Positions 1 to 9,610 of a stretch of DNA of 49,399 nt are shown here, piece after piece. Where the stretch lies: NCBI GenBank assembly GCA_016194445.1, contig JACQBP010000016.1, positions 1 through 49,399 on the forward strand, given 5' to 3'. The DNA comes from Candidatus Liptonbacteria bacterium. Lineage in GTDB: Bacteria; Patescibacteriota; Minisyncoccia; UBA6257; 2-01-FULL-56-20. How positions within the stretch are numbered: position 1 is the first letter of the stretch; every line of letters begins with the position of its first letter. The notes below the pieces were generated by a model. It saw nothing but the letters and a program-made list of their open reading frames with translations. It did no database searches and was not told the origin of the DNA. A program made the position numbers and the translations under genes.

Positions 1-120
1 ATTATCCTCATATTTGGCGTTCTTCTTTTAGTAGGATTTATGACATTCGTGGATTCTCAAGCAGTCTACCTTTTATTAAAGGAAGCTTTTCCGTATCTGT
101 CTGCACTAAAATTACTCTAA
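1..120 (+). CDS. 3' end of a CDS running off the window start (hydrophobic C-terminus, partial)
   Basis: Frame 1 is open from nt 1 to TAA at 118-120 (IILIFGVLLLVGFMTF...). Too short to name. Confidence 0.3.
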   Translation: MILIFGVLLLVGFMTFVDSQAVYLLLKEAFPYLSALKLL

Positions 121-235
121 AGACCAACACCTTTTATTTTCTTCAAAAACCTGTTAGAATATAAAAAGTCGTAATATAAAAACCATTTGTAATCATTCGC
201 GATAATATTCGCGACTGTTTCGTGAAATATAAACC

Positions 236-793
236 ATGTATATCTTAATCGGAATCCTGGTTTTAATCGTCCTCTGGTTCATTTTCTCCTACAACGGCTT
301 CGTGCGGTTATCGAACCGCGTCAAAGAAGCCTGGTCGGACATCGAAGTTCAGTTAAAACGTCGCTACGACTTGATTCCTAACCTAGTCGCGACTGTCAAA
401 GGCTACGCCTCGCACGAAAGCGGCGTCTTTGAAAAAGTGACCGAAGCCCGCACTCGCGCCATGGGCGCCTCCTCCAAAGGGGACATGAAAGCCATCGGCC
501 AGGCCGAAAACCAACTCGCCGGCACCTTAAAAACCCTCTTCGCCGTCTCTGAAAACTACCCCCAACTCCGCGCCTCCGAAAACTTCCGTGAGCTCCAAAA
601 CGAATTAACCGACACCGAAGACAAAATCCAAGCTTCAAGAAGGTTTTATAACGGCAATGTCCGCGACTTCAACACCAAAGTCGAAACTTTTCCCTCGAAC
701 TTAATCGCCAATATGTTCCACTTCGCCCCCAAAGAATTCTTTGACATCGACGAAAAAGGCCCCGAAGGGCAGCCCGTGGCTGTAAAGTTTTAG
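236..793 (+). CDS. lemA: LemA family membrane protein
   Basis: 185 aa with an N-terminal TM helix followed by YNGFVRLSNRVKEAWSDIEVQLKRRYDLIPNLV, the typical LemA signature. It is followed by a DUF2207-type gene, as is usual. Confidence 0.9.
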   Translation: MYILIGILVLIVLWFIFSYNGFVRLSNRVKEAWSDIEVQLKRRYDLIPNLVATVKGYASHESGVFEKVTEARTRAMGASSKGDMKAIGQAENQLAGTLKTLFAVSENYPQLRASENFRELQNELTDTEDKIQASRRFYNGNVRDFNTKVETFPSNLIANMFHFAPKEFFDIDEKGPEGQPVAVKF

Positions 794-806
794 TCAATAA
801 GCCAAA

Positions 807-2777
807 ATGACCCGATCACATAGAAAGATCAAAAAGATTTTTCTATTGGCGGGTCTTTTTGTTTTTGTAATCTCACCTGTTCCGTTAGTTACTTTTGCCC
901 AATCACCCCAGGAAGTGAAATCGTATCAGTACGACTCCATCTCCGCCGTCATTAAAGTGAATGAAGACTCAACCACCAACGTTGAAGAAAAACAAACTTT
1001 TAACTACCTCGGCGAATTTCACGCCGGATGGCGCAATATCCCGCTCACCAAAGTGGATGCGATCACAGACATCTCCGTCATCGACGGCGCCACCGGGCAA
1101 CCGCTCAAATATAGTCCAAGCCGTCTCGATAAACTAGAACCCTCAAACTGGAGTAAGTTCACTTATTTTCGTGAAAGAGGCGATCAAAATATCGAATGGT
1201 ACTACAATCTCAAAGACACTACGCACCTCTGGATTTTAAAATACAAAATCCACGGGAGTATTGAATTTAATAAAGACAAAGACCGCCTCTACTGGAATAT
1301 TTTTTCCGCCTACAAGGTGCCAGTTTTATTCGCGCAAGTGAGCGTTAGCTTGCCAAAAAAACTGGAAGAAACCGACGTTACCTTCGACGCCTACCGCAAC
1401 GATAAGAGTGTTCCAATTACTAAAAATTTTGATGCCCAAACCGGAGAATTCAATTTTTCCTCCCAAAATTTTCCAGCCGGGGAAGCCTTTACTATCGACG
1501 CTAAATGGCCCAAAGGAATTGTGAGCCAATCCGCCTTTTGGCTGGATTTTTTTAGGATTTACTACGGGCTCATTCTCTCCGTCCTTGTAGCCCTGCTTGG
1601 CATTGGAATCGGTTTTGCTTGGTGGCTAAAAACTGAAAAGTTTCCCAAAGGGCGCCGAACCATCGTGGCCGAATACGAACCGCCGGAACATCTCAAGCCG
1701 GCCATGGCCGAGATCGTCACCAAAGAAAAACTGACCAACAAGAACCTCACCGCCACCATCATTGATTTGGCGGTGAGGGGTTACGTCAAAATCGAAGAAG
1801 ATCCGAGCAAAGATATCGGCGTTAAGGCTTGGCTCGGAACAATCGTACCAGTTTTATACCTATTGTTTTTTGCCTCTGTCTTTCTGACCGGAATAAGAAT
1901 CCACGGCATTCTTGGTTTTTTGGCTCCAGCTATTGTCGTGGCATTGCTCATCGGGCTCATTCATAGAATAAAAACGCAACTTAAAAACTACAACATTTTA
2001 AAAAATAAAGACTACTATAGCGATCCAGCGCTGGAAAACTATGAAAAAGAATATCTCCAAATAATTCTCGGCTCCACTGATTTTTTTTCAACCCGAGAAA
2101 TGAAAAAAGCTGGCCAGAGTAAACAGCGCGAGTTCTATCATTCAACCCAGAAACTTAAAGACAGTATTTATAAAGAGACCGAAGTGGATACCAAAGCCTT
2201 TGATGTCGGATTAACCGCCGAGAAAAAAAAGAACATCATCTGGATCATATTATTTGTACTCACTTTCTTTTTATTCGGCTACGGGAATAGCACCCTCACC
2301 ACCGAAAACCAAAAGTGGATTTTATTGGGTTCTATAATAATCACCTCAATTGCTCTTTGGGCCTTTATCAAATACGAAGCCCGTCTTTCCGAGCATGGCC
2401 GAATCCTCAAAGAAGAATGGTTGGGTTTCAAACTTTATCTCGAAACTGCCGAAAAGTATCGGATGCAAAATCTCACACCGGATTTATTTGAGAAGTATCT
2501 GCCCTATGCTATGATTTTCGGAGTTGAGAAAAAGTGGGCTAAGAATTTTGAAGTTATGCATTTAGCTCCACCAAATTGGTATGGTTCTGCCGCCGTTTAT
2601 GGATCGAGCGGGCTCGGAAGTGGCAATGGGGCGAGCTCCTTTTCTCCCACCGGTTTTAGCTCTAGCTTCACCTCGGCTTTTTCTTCGGCTTTCGCTAGCT
2701 CTGGCGCAAGCGGCGGTGGTGGCGGGGGAGGCGGAGCCGGCGGCGGGGGTGGAGGTGGCGGCGGTGGCGCCAGCTAA
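807..2777 (+). CDS. DUF2207-like multi-pass membrane protein with a Gly-rich C-terminal tail
   Basis: 656 aa with a signal peptide, an extracellular N-domain, several TM helices and a terminal SGASGGGGGGGGAGGGGGGGGGG tail. It pairs with lemA. Confidence 0.75.
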   Translation: MTRSHRKIKKIFLLAGLFVFVISPVPLVTFAQSPQEVKSYQYDSISAVIKVNEDSTTNVEEKQTFNYLGEFHAGWRNIPLTKVDAITDISVIDGATGQPLKYSPSRLDKLEPSNWSKFTYFRERGDQNIEWYYNLKDTTHLWILKYKIHGSIEFNKDKDRLYWNIFSAYKVPVLFAQVSVSLPKKLEETDVTFDAYRNDKSVPITKNFDAQTGEFNFSSQNFPAGEAFTIDAKWPKGIVSQSAFWLDFFRIYYGLILSVLVALLGIGIGFAWWLKTEKFPKGRRTIVAEYEPPEHLKPAMAEIVTKEKLTNKNLTATIIDLAVRGYVKIEEDPSKDIGVKAWLGTIVPVLYLLFFASVFLTGIRIHGILGFLAPAIVVALLIGLIHRIKTQLKNYNILKNKDYYSDPALENYEKEYLQIILGSTDFFSTREMKKAGQSKQREFYHSTQKLKDSIYKETEVDTKAFDVGLTAEKKKNIIWIILFVLTFFLFGYGNSTLTTENQKWILLGSIIITSIALWAFIKYEARLSEHGRILKEEWLGFKLYLETAEKYRMQNLTPDLFEKYLPYAMIFGVEKKWAKNFEVMHLAPPNWYGSAAVYGSSGLGSGNGASSFSPTGFSSSFTSAFSSAFASSGASGGGGGGGGAGGGGGGGGGGAS

Positions 2778-2804
2778 AAATTGCAAGATTTTATTTTTTA
2801 AAAT

Positions 2805-3068
2805 ATGTACGAACAATTAGTTTACTGGATATGGTTCGCCATCAATATCGCTCTCCTTGTTTTGCTTTTTGTAGATACCATCAAGTTAGCGATAAAGGGA
2901 ATTCGATTTCTTCCCATATTTGGACTTTTTATTACTATTGTCCTGGGGATTCTAGGTATTTTAAGCATTCCAGGTAATCCTGCTGGGCTTGCCATAGCAT
3001 CTTTGATTTTCTACTGGCCAATCAGGGCCTATGCGATACATTCGAAAAAGAAAAAATTGCAAAACTAG
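2805..3068 (+). CDS. small integral membrane protein, function unknown
   Basis: 87-aa ORF with three hydrophobic segments, in the same orientation as its neighbours. Confidence 0.5.
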   Translation: MYEQLVYWIWFAINIALLVLLFVDTIKLAIKGIRFLPIFGLFITIVLGILGILSIPGNPAGLAIASLIFYWPIRAYAIHSKKKKLQN

Positions 3069-3085
3069 CTAATCGCCAAATCTTA

Positions 3086-3988
3086 ATGGCTACCCTCTAC
3101 ACCCAAAAATCATCCAACATCCGCAAAACCTTCCTTCTTTTCACGGTTTTCTTTGCCGTCATTATCGGCCTCGGTTTTGTGTTCTCTGAAGCCTACGGCA
3201 ATCCCAGCATCCTTTATATCGCCGTCGTCTTTTCCTGTTTTATGAGTTTCTTAAGCTACTGGCAGTCCGACAAAATTGTTCTCGCTATGTCGAAAGGTGT
3301 GCCCGTAGATCGGAGCTCGAATCGCGAACTCTACAGTCTCGTTGAAAATCTTTCGATTAGCGCTGGCCTCCCCGCGCCCAAAATTTATCTGACCCCCGAA
3401 CTGACTCCGAACGCCTTTGCGACCGGCCGCGACCCCAACCACGCGGTCATCTGCGTCACAAGAGGCCTCCTCCAAAAACTCAACAAAACCGAACTCGAAG
3501 GCGTTTTAGCTCACGAACTCTCCCATATCGGCAACCGCGATATGCTAGTGAACACCGTTGCCGTTGTCTTGGTTGGTTTCATCTCTATTTTGGCCAACTT
3601 TTTTATGCGCTCGATGTTTTTTGGCGGCGGCCGCAGCCGTGATAATGAAAATAGCGGCGCCGGCATTTTCATGATCATCGGCATTGTTCTCTCCATTCTC
3701 GCTCCCATCGTGGCGAGCTTGATGCAACTGGCCATCTCCCGCCGCCGAGAATTTCTGGCTGACACCTCTGGCGCTCTTTTAACCCGCTATCCCGAAGGCC
3801 TCGCGAGCGCGCTTGAAAAAATCTCCCGTGACACCACCCCGATGCAGTTTGCCCAACCCGCCACCTCCCACCTCTGGCTCGCCGACCCGATGAAAAACCA
3901 AAAACAAGTCTCATTTTTTGCCAAGCTTTTTATGACCCACCCGCCCATCGAAGAACGCATCAAAATCTTGCGTGGAATGAGTATTTAA
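3086..3988 (+). CDS. htpX: M48-family zinc metalloprotease HtpX
   Basis: 300 aa with the HELSHIGNRD (HExxH) motif, flanking TM helices and a conserved C-terminal THPPIEERI. Confidence 0.9.
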   Translation: MATLYTQKSSNIRKTFLLFTVFFAVIIGLGFVFSEAYGNPSILYIAVVFSCFMSFLSYWQSDKIVLAMSKGVPVDRSSNRELYSLVENLSISAGLPAPKIYLTPELTPNAFATGRDPNHAVICVTRGLLQKLNKTELEGVLAHELSHIGNRDMLVNTVAVVLVGFISILANFFMRSMFFGGGRSRDNENSGAGIFMIIGIVLSILAPIVASLMQLAISRRREFLADTSGALLTRYPEGLASALEKISRDTTPMQFAQPATSHLWLADPMKNQKQVSFFAKLFMTHPPIEERIKILRGMSI

Positions 3989-4037
3989 AAAGGTCGAACT
4001 TTATTAATCGATTAAAAAAGTAAACAAGATAAAAAAC

Positions 4038-4403
4038 ATGCTAACTATAGAAATTCCAATAATGGCTGCTGTATTACTTTGGATTTATTTCGATGCTAGA
4101 AAGCTACGCAATAAAGGAACTGATATCGACTACGCTCGCGTCACAGCGTACTCCACTTGGGCGGTTTTCATCTTATGGCCAGTGGGTATGATATTTTACA
4201 TTCCATTTTCGGTCATACTTGTTGTTTTGGTGTATCTACTGAAGTATCGTAAGAAAAAAGTAGTCGACATTAGCCAAGGTCAGCAATCGCTACCTCCTAT
4301 ACCTAGGCGATCTAAAACTATTCTCGTGATAGCTGTTGCCTCTCTACCGGTACTCTTTTTTCTGTGGATATTCTTGGCGCTTGGATTATCTCACAATTTG
4401 TAA
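4038..4403 (+). CDS. membrane protein, function unknown
   Basis: 121-aa ORF with three predicted TM segments. Confidence 0.5.
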   Translation: MLTIEIPIMAAVLLWIYFDARKLRNKGTDIDYARVTAYSTWAVFILWPVGMIFYIPFSVILVVLVYLLKYRKKKVVDISQGQQSLPPIPRRSKTILVIAVASLPVLFFLWIFLALGLSHNL

Positions 4404-4441
4404 CAAAACCCCGTTAAATAAAATTCTAAAATATCTCCGCA

Positions 4442-5134
4442 ATGAATCATCGATTTGGTAAAACTATTGTAGTTAGCCTCGGCGGCTCCATCATCTACCC
4501 TAACCAAATTGATATTAAATTTCTAAAACAATTTAACTCTTCCGTCCGTAAATTTATTAAAAAAGATTACAAGTTTGTTATTGTGACTGGCGGCGGCAAA
4601 CCCGCCCGTATTTTCCAAGAAGCCGCCTACAAAGTTTCCCAAATTAAAAACGACGACAAGGACTGGCTCGGCATTCACGCCACTCGCCTCAACGCCCATC
4701 TTTTAAGGACCATCTTTCAAGATATTGCCGATCCAGTTATTTTTGACATCCGATACAAAATTAAAAAACTCGCCCATCCGGTCACGATTGGTTCCGGCTG
4801 GCGTCCCGGTTGGTCCACTGATTTCGTCTCCGCCCAAATCGCCGCCGATTTCAAGGTGAAAGAATTCATCAATGCCGGCAAGGCCGCCTACGTTTTCGAG
4901 CGTGATCCTAAAAAATTCCCCAAAGCCAAAAAATTTGAAAAACTTTCTTGGGCTGAATATAGAAAATTAATTCCAGCCAAGTGGATCCCAGGCTTCAGCT
5001 CTCCAGTAGATCCCGTCGCCGCTAGGCTTTGCCAAAAAGAAAAAATCACCGCGGTTGTTATCAACGGCAAAAACTTGAAGAATTTCGAAAACCTCTTGCA
5101 AGGGCAACCATTTCAAGGCACAATAGTTCAGTAA
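4442..5134 (+). CDS. amino-acid-kinase-fold protein, archaeal-type UMP kinase-like
   Basis: 230 aa. VVSLGGSII and VIVTGGGKPAR motifs are typical of the aspartate/glutamate/uridylate kinase family. Confidence 0.55.
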   Translation: MNHRFGKTIVVSLGGSIIYPNQIDIKFLKQFNSSVRKFIKKDYKFVIVTGGGKPARIFQEAAYKVSQIKNDDKDWLGIHATRLNAHLLRTIFQDIADPVIFDIRYKIKKLAHPVTIGSGWRPGWSTDFVSAQIAADFKVKEFINAGKAAYVFERDPKKFPKAKKFEKLSWAEYRKLIPAKWIPGFSSPVDPVAARLCQKEKITAVVINGKNLKNFENLLQGQPFQGTIVQ

Positions 5135-5142
5135 TTTAGAAT

Positions 5143-5838
5143 ATGAACTTTGAAGCTCCTGAAGGCACAACTAATCCTTCCGAAAATAAAAATGAGTTGA
5201 GTTTTGACAACTTAGACTTAGGATTATTAAAATCAGCCCACGACAGAGCAACCAGTAAAAGTCCGGATGGCGGAGCGGCAAGATTTGGGAAAGAATTTAT
5301 CATTTCTCTGGAAGAAAGATCACAGTTAGAATCACTTTTTAGTTTAAGCGCTCAAAATTTCACAGAACTTGCAAGTAAAGAACCCTTATGGGAAAGATTT
5401 ATTAGCCTCGCGGAAGAGAGAAGAAAAAAGTCATCTCACTTAATGACATTCAGAAAAGAAGAGGAGTTTATAATTGAGGATCCCAACGCAACCGACATTA
5501 CGAAAACTTTTGTTGAAATTAATGATCAAATAAAAATGCCAGCGCTAAAAGTTCCACCACAAATCAGAAACCTTTTTATTTGGCAAGGACGACTTGATTT
5601 TGCGAATGATGTTTTAAGACGGGATCTCTCTGGATCAACAAAAGGAGAAATGACCTCTGAATTTGGGTCGCTTATCTATGAGTTTTATAGATTTAATAAA
5701 GAAATAGAAAGTTCTAAAAATACCCAAGAAAAAACGCAACAAGGGCAACCAGCCAGCAAAGGAACGATAGACGAAATCAATAGGAGATTGAAAAATGCCG
5801 GCGGTGAGCATTTTATGCCAAATCCAGACGATCGGTAA
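5143..5838 (+). CDS. hypothetical protein
   Basis: 231-aa ORF with no recognisable motif. Its composition looks coding. Confidence 0.5.
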   Translation: MNFEAPEGTTNPSENKNELSFDNLDLGLLKSAHDRATSKSPDGGAARFGKEFIISLEERSQLESLFSLSAQNFTELASKEPLWERFISLAEERRKKSSHLMTFRKEEEFIIEDPNATDITKTFVEINDQIKMPALKVPPQIRNLFIWQGRLDFANDVLRRDLSGSTKGEMTSEFGSLIYEFYRFNKEIESSKNTQEKTQQGQPASKGTIDEINRRLKNAGGEHFMPNPDDR

Positions 5839-5924
5839 TTCACCTCGTAGTTTTTATGAATCGACCGAAACTTTTCAATTTTAATTTAAAATTATAACTT
5901 TTGCCTTATAAATTTTGAATTAAC

Positions 5925-6533
5925 ATGAAATCCCTCCTCATCGCTACTTTAAATCCCGGCAAACTCAAAGAAATCGAAACCGTTTACGCTAACTCTGGCA
6001 TTACTTTAAAAAACTTAAAAGATTTTTCCGAAGTTCCACTCGTCGAAGAAACCGGTGTTACTTTCGAAGAAAACGCCATTTTGAAAGCCAAATACTATTT
6101 TGAAAAAACCGGTTTGCCAACCTTGGGCGACGACGGGGGATTGATGGTTGATGCTTTGGGCGGCGAGCCCGGCGTCAAAAGCCACCGCTTTCTGGGCTAC
6201 AACGCTAATGAAGTTGAACTTGCCGAAGCTATCATTGAACGCCTCAAAGACACTCCAAAAGAAAAACGCACTGCTCACCTCGGCGGCGTGATTGCTTTTT
6301 GGGACGGAGAGCATCTTATCCAAACTGAAAATTTTGTCGCAGGTTACATCGTCGAAGAATTAAAAGAAAAACCCTCGCCCGGATTTCCTTACCGCGCCAT
6401 TTTGTTTATTCCAGAATTTAACAAAATTTACCAAGATTTCACCCAAGAAGAATACGCTAAAATCAACCATCGCTATCAAAACCTTATTTCTCTCAAACCA
6501 GAAATCATAAAGCACTTATCTGGAAAATCCTGA
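5925..6533 (+). CDS. rdgB: non-canonical purine NTP pyrophosphatase (RdgB/HAM1 family)
   Basis: 202 aa with a LIATLNPGKLKEI N-terminus and FEENAILKA..GDDGGL motifs. Ends in TGA. Confidence 0.85.
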   Translation: MKSLLIATLNPGKLKEIETVYANSGITLKNLKDFSEVPLVEETGVTFEENAILKAKYYFEKTGLPTLGDDGGLMVDALGGEPGVKSHRFLGYNANEVELAEAIIERLKDTPKEKRTAHLGGVIAFWDGEHLIQTENFVAGYIVEELKEKPSPGFPYRAILFIPEFNKIYQDFTQEEYAKINHRYQNLISLKPEIIKHLSGKS

Positions 6534-6693
6534 ATCCAATTCGCGTTATTCGATTAGAAAACGTTAGCGAAATATGAGCTTAGGTTTTCAATCGTTCCGA
6601 GCGACCGCTCGGGGTACATTAAACCTTATATTCGCGATTACTCCATTGAACATTTAAAAGAGGAGTGATAGAGTATTGAAGAATTTTATACTT

Positions 6694-6781
6694 GGAGGCG
6701 TCGGATAGTGGTTTATTCCACCATCTTGGAAAGATGGCATACCGCAAGGTATCGTGAGTTCGAATCTCACCGCCTCCGCCA
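6694..6781 (+). tRNA. tRNA-Ser (anticodon GGA), CCA encoded
   Basis: Hand-folded. Acceptor GGAGGCG/CGCCTCC, anticodon stem CCATC/GATGG with loop TTGGAAA, long variable arm, T-arm GTGAG-TTCGAAT-CTCAC. 88 nt. Confidence 0.9.
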
Positions 6782-6858
6782 AGACAATTTTTTATCGGCA
6801 TGACCCGAGTAGCCGCGAGTGAGTGGCGACCCGAGTACATCGATAATTAGTTGAAAAA

Positions 6859-6895
6859 ATAACAGAGCAGTTATCTCACTCTGTTATTTTTTATT
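6859..6895 (+). terminator. rho-independent terminator after tRNA-Ser
   Basis: AATAACAGAG / CTCTGTTATT 10-bp stem followed by a T-run. Confidence 0.6.
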
Positions 6896-6945
6896 TCTTG
6901 GTTACTCCCTTTGTCGGCGGTTTTGGTTATACACAGCACTAGTGT

Positions 6946-6974
6946 TTGACAGCAGTTCTTCACGGGACTATAAT
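6946..6974 (+). promoter_or_regulatory. sigma-70-type promoter of the arsR-led redox cluster
   Basis: Perfect TTGACA (6946-6951), a 17-nt spacer, then TATAAT (6969-6974). Confidence 0.6.
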
Positions 6975-7012
6975 TTAAGCACTTGCATAATTACTTAATA
7001 TCTTCATTATTC

Positions 7013-7336
7013 ATGTTAACCAAGAAGCAGATAATCGATATCAAGTCTGAAATAGGGACCACAACTACTACCTTCCCGCTGGTATTCCAGGCGCTTGGAG
7101 ATTCCGGGCGATTTAATATCTTCCGGCTGCTCATGGAGCACCACGATATCTGCGTGACCGACGTTGCCAACGTATTCGGCATCACCGTCTCTGCCGCTTC
7201 CCAACAGCTACGGGTACTCGAGCGGCTGGGACTCGTGATTAAAATGCGGATGGGGCAGATGGTTTGTTACGAAATAAATGAGGAAAATGTGATCACGAAG
7301 CAGTTAGTCAAATTACTAAAAGAGTCAAACAAATAA
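7013..7336 (+). CDS. ArsR/SmtB-family metalloregulator (winged HTH)
   Basis: ALGDSGRFNIFRLL..CVTDVANVFGITVSAASQQLRVLERLGLV is the typical ArsR HTH. ATG 7013 is preferred because the track's TTG 6983 lies only about 9 nt after the -10 box. Confidence 0.8.
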   Translation: MLTKKQIIDIKSEIGTTTTTFPLVFQALGDSGRFNIFRLLMEHHDICVTDVANVFGITVSAASQQLRVLERLGLVIKMRMGQMVCYEINEENVITKQLVKLLKESNK

Positions 7337-7360
7337 TTTTATTAACCAATTTATACAACT

Positions 7361-7597
7361 ATGGCCAAAGTAACCATTTATACAACTCCGACTTGCGTGT
7401 ATTGCAAAATGACAAAGGCATTTTTCAAAGAGAACAACATTCAGTATGAAGAAAAAGATGTATCAACTGATCGCGCTGCGGCGGATGAAATGATTCAAAA
7501 ATCCGGCCAGATGGGTGTGCCGGTCATTGATATTGATGGGCAGTTGATCGTCGGTTTCGATAAAGAAGGATTATCGCGGCTGTTGAATATAAAATAA
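7361..7597 (+). CDS. glutaredoxin-like protein (NrdH/YruB type)
   Basis: 78 aa with a CVYC active site after beta-1 and GVPVIDIDG. Confidence 0.85.
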   Translation: MAKVTIYTTPTCVYCKMTKAFFKENNIQYEEKDVSTDRAAADEMIQKSGQMGVPVIDIDGQLIVGFDKEGLSRLLNIK

Positions 7598-7606
7598 AGC
7601 AAAAAT

Positions 7607-8257
7607 ATGAACACAAAATTTCTTATCGGGGGCGTAGTTATAGTTGCAGTAGGTCTTTTGATATACGGTGGGCTTTCGAGAAGTAACGTGCCCACAAATA
7701 ATGCCGCCTCTATTCATAACAATGTGTCTTCTGGATCAGATCGCAACAATTTGGCTCCAGATTTTACACTCCAAAAACTAACTGGTGGTACCATTTCACT
7801 CTCTGAATTTAGGGGCAAAAAGCCAGTAGTGGTAGATTTTTGGGCGTCGTGGTGCCCGAATTGTCGCCGCGATATGCCAAAACTCAATATTTTTTACGAA
7901 AAATACAAGAACAAAGTCGAAGTCATCGGCGTGAATTTACAAGAGGGAAAATCAACCGTAAAAGATTTCATCGCATCGCGCGGCATAAGCTTTCAGATAG
8001 CACTTGATCCATCAGGTCAAGCATCAAATGCTTTTGGAATTCAATACACGAACACTCATTTTTTAATAGATAAAGCAGGCAATCTCGTCCGCACCATTCC
8101 CGGCGACATCAGCGAAGCTGATATTGAATCGCTTATTAAGGCAGATGATGTCTCAAATACCCAGTCATCTCTCCCCGACGAGAAACCGTGCAAAATTGCT
8201 TCTGCTAAAGGCGTTCAGGATGGTGAACAAACCGGAGTTTGTAAAAATTCCTCGTAA
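7607..8257 (+). CDS. membrane-anchored TlpA/ResA-like thiol-disulfide oxidoreductase
   Basis: N-terminal TM helix and a WASWCPNC thioredoxin motif. Confidence 0.85.
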   Translation: MNTKFLIGGVVIVAVGLLIYGGLSRSNVPTNNAASIHNNVSSGSDRNNLAPDFTLQKLTGGTISLSEFRGKKPVVVDFWASWCPNCRRDMPKLNIFYEKYKNKVEVIGVNLQEGKSTVKDFIASRGISFQIALDPSGQASNAFGIQYTNTHFLIDKAGNLVRTIPGDISEADIESLIKADDVSNTQSSLPDEKPCKIASAKGVQDGEQTGVCKNSS

Positions 8258-8259
8258 CT

Positions 8260-9297
8260 ATGAGTTCTCAAAAGATAATCATTATCGTAGTAACGATCAT
8301 AGGAGTTTCAGCGATCCTTGTTTTATCGCGCACAGTCTTTAGAAATGATTTTCATTTACCTCTTAGCGGAGAAACTAAAAAAGAAACTATCACAGCAGAT
8401 AATGGTGATCAATCCTTTTCGACAAAAGAAATTACGGTAACCGATGGTGTCAAACATAGCATTCCGCTTGATCAAATTTTAAGCGGTGGGCCACCCAGGG
8501 ACGGCATCCCGCCGATTGACCATCCCAAATACATATCTGTTCAGGATGCAGAGAAACAACTAACTGACAAGGAACCGGGTCTTGCTGTTGAGATAGAGAC
8601 CGTAAGTCGCTTCTACCCTTTCCAGATTTTGGTTTGGCATGAAATCATCAACGACACTATAAATGGAAAAAGAATCCTCATCACGTATTGCCCCCTTTGT
8701 CTTTCGGGAATCGTCTTTGATCCGGCAGTTAGCGGCGAGCGCGTAGAATTTGGTACCTCAGGCAAGCTCTGGAACTCCAACTTGGTTATGTATGATAGGA
8801 AAACTAACTCACTGTGGTCGCAAATTTTGGGGGAGGCAATTGTGGGAGAGATGGCCGGAGCAAAACTTAATGTTTTGCCATCCGACCAAATTCGATTCGG
8901 AGACTGGAAAAAATTGCATCAAAAAGGAGAAGTTCTTTCGCGAGATACGGGTACCACGAGATTTTATGGGCAAGATCCATACGGAGACTACTACACCACC
9001 CCAGGCACTTACTTTCCTGTCAGTAATAAAGACGACCGACTTCCAGAGAAGGAGTTTATTTTGGGGATAGTGGTCGACGGAAAGGCAAAAGCGTATTGGC
9101 CGACAGCAGTTAAAAAAGCTGGGGTGGTCGAAGATGTGTTTGAGGGAAAAACAATTGTTGTAAAATATGAAAGCAATATTGATGCTGTTCGGCTCTTTGA
9201 AAAGAAAAGCGACGGAACTCTGGAACGAATAAATCCGTTTGGAGCATTCTGGTTCTCGTGGGTGGCTACACATCCGGACACAAAATTGCTAAAATAG
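8260..9297 (+). CDS. DUF3179-family secreted protein
   Basis: 345 aa with DGIPPIDHPKY and ITYCPLC motifs characteristic of DUF3179. Confidence 0.75.
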   Translation: MSSQKIIIIVVTIIGVSAILVLSRTVFRNDFHLPLSGETKKETITADNGDQSFSTKEITVTDGVKHSIPLDQILSGGPPRDGIPPIDHPKYISVQDAEKQLTDKEPGLAVEIETVSRFYPFQILVWHEIINDTINGKRILITYCPLCLSGIVFDPAVSGERVEFGTSGKLWNSNLVMYDRKTNSLWSQILGEAIVGEMAGAKLNVLPSDQIRFGDWKKLHQKGEVLSRDTGTTRFYGQDPYGDYYTTPGTYFPVSNKDDRLPEKEFILGIVVDGKAKAYWPTAVKKAGVVEDVFEGKTIVVKYESNIDAVRLFEKKSDGTLERINPFGAFWFSWVATHPDTKLLK

Positions 9298-9338
9298 AAT
9301 CAATTGGTCGATAAAAATAAATTTAATTTTAAAAAATT

Positions 9339-9575
9339 ATGACATTCGAACTAAATCAGTATAGCGATATAACATTTCTTGTTTTGCGTTTGGTTATTGC
9401 AGCAATTTTTATCTATCACGCCTTACCAAAATTAAAAGGCGCAAAAATGATGTCACAGGCCATGAGTATGCCAGCAGGAATGATATTTATGCTCGGCAGC
9501 ATTGAGTTTTTATCGTCACTGGGAATGATTGCTGGTGTTTATATCCAAATTGCCCGAAAAGTCGTGCTCGGGTGA
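9339..9575 (+). pseudogene. DoxX-family membrane protein, apparently 3'-truncated
   Basis: 78 aa (LVLRLVIAAIFIYHALPKL...) covers only about the first two helices of a normally 120-140-aa DoxX protein. Ends at TGA. Confidence 0.5.
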
Positions 9576-9610
9576 AAGAATCTCCTAGGCAAGACCCTTA
9601 AACTAATACT

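Noticed and set aside
396-638. Antisense or shadow ORFs in the track that lie inside well-supported genes (for example 396-638-, 6015-6323-, 22331-22645-, 24598-25077-, 36882-37262-, 33115-33465-).
   Set aside because: They overlap genes with clear family motifs on the other strand or frame. Their Arg/Gly/Ser-rich composition is typical of shadow frames in GC-rich coding DNA.
2690-2777. GGC/GGT-rich repetitive tract that might be a tandem repeat or a variable locus.
   Set aside because: It is in frame and encodes the Gly-rich tail of the DUF2207-like protein. It is low-complexity coding sequence, not an independent repeat element.
6619-6840. 73-aa minus-strand ORF.
   Set aside because: It covers the whole tRNA-Ser(GGA) gene in antisense and has no motif.
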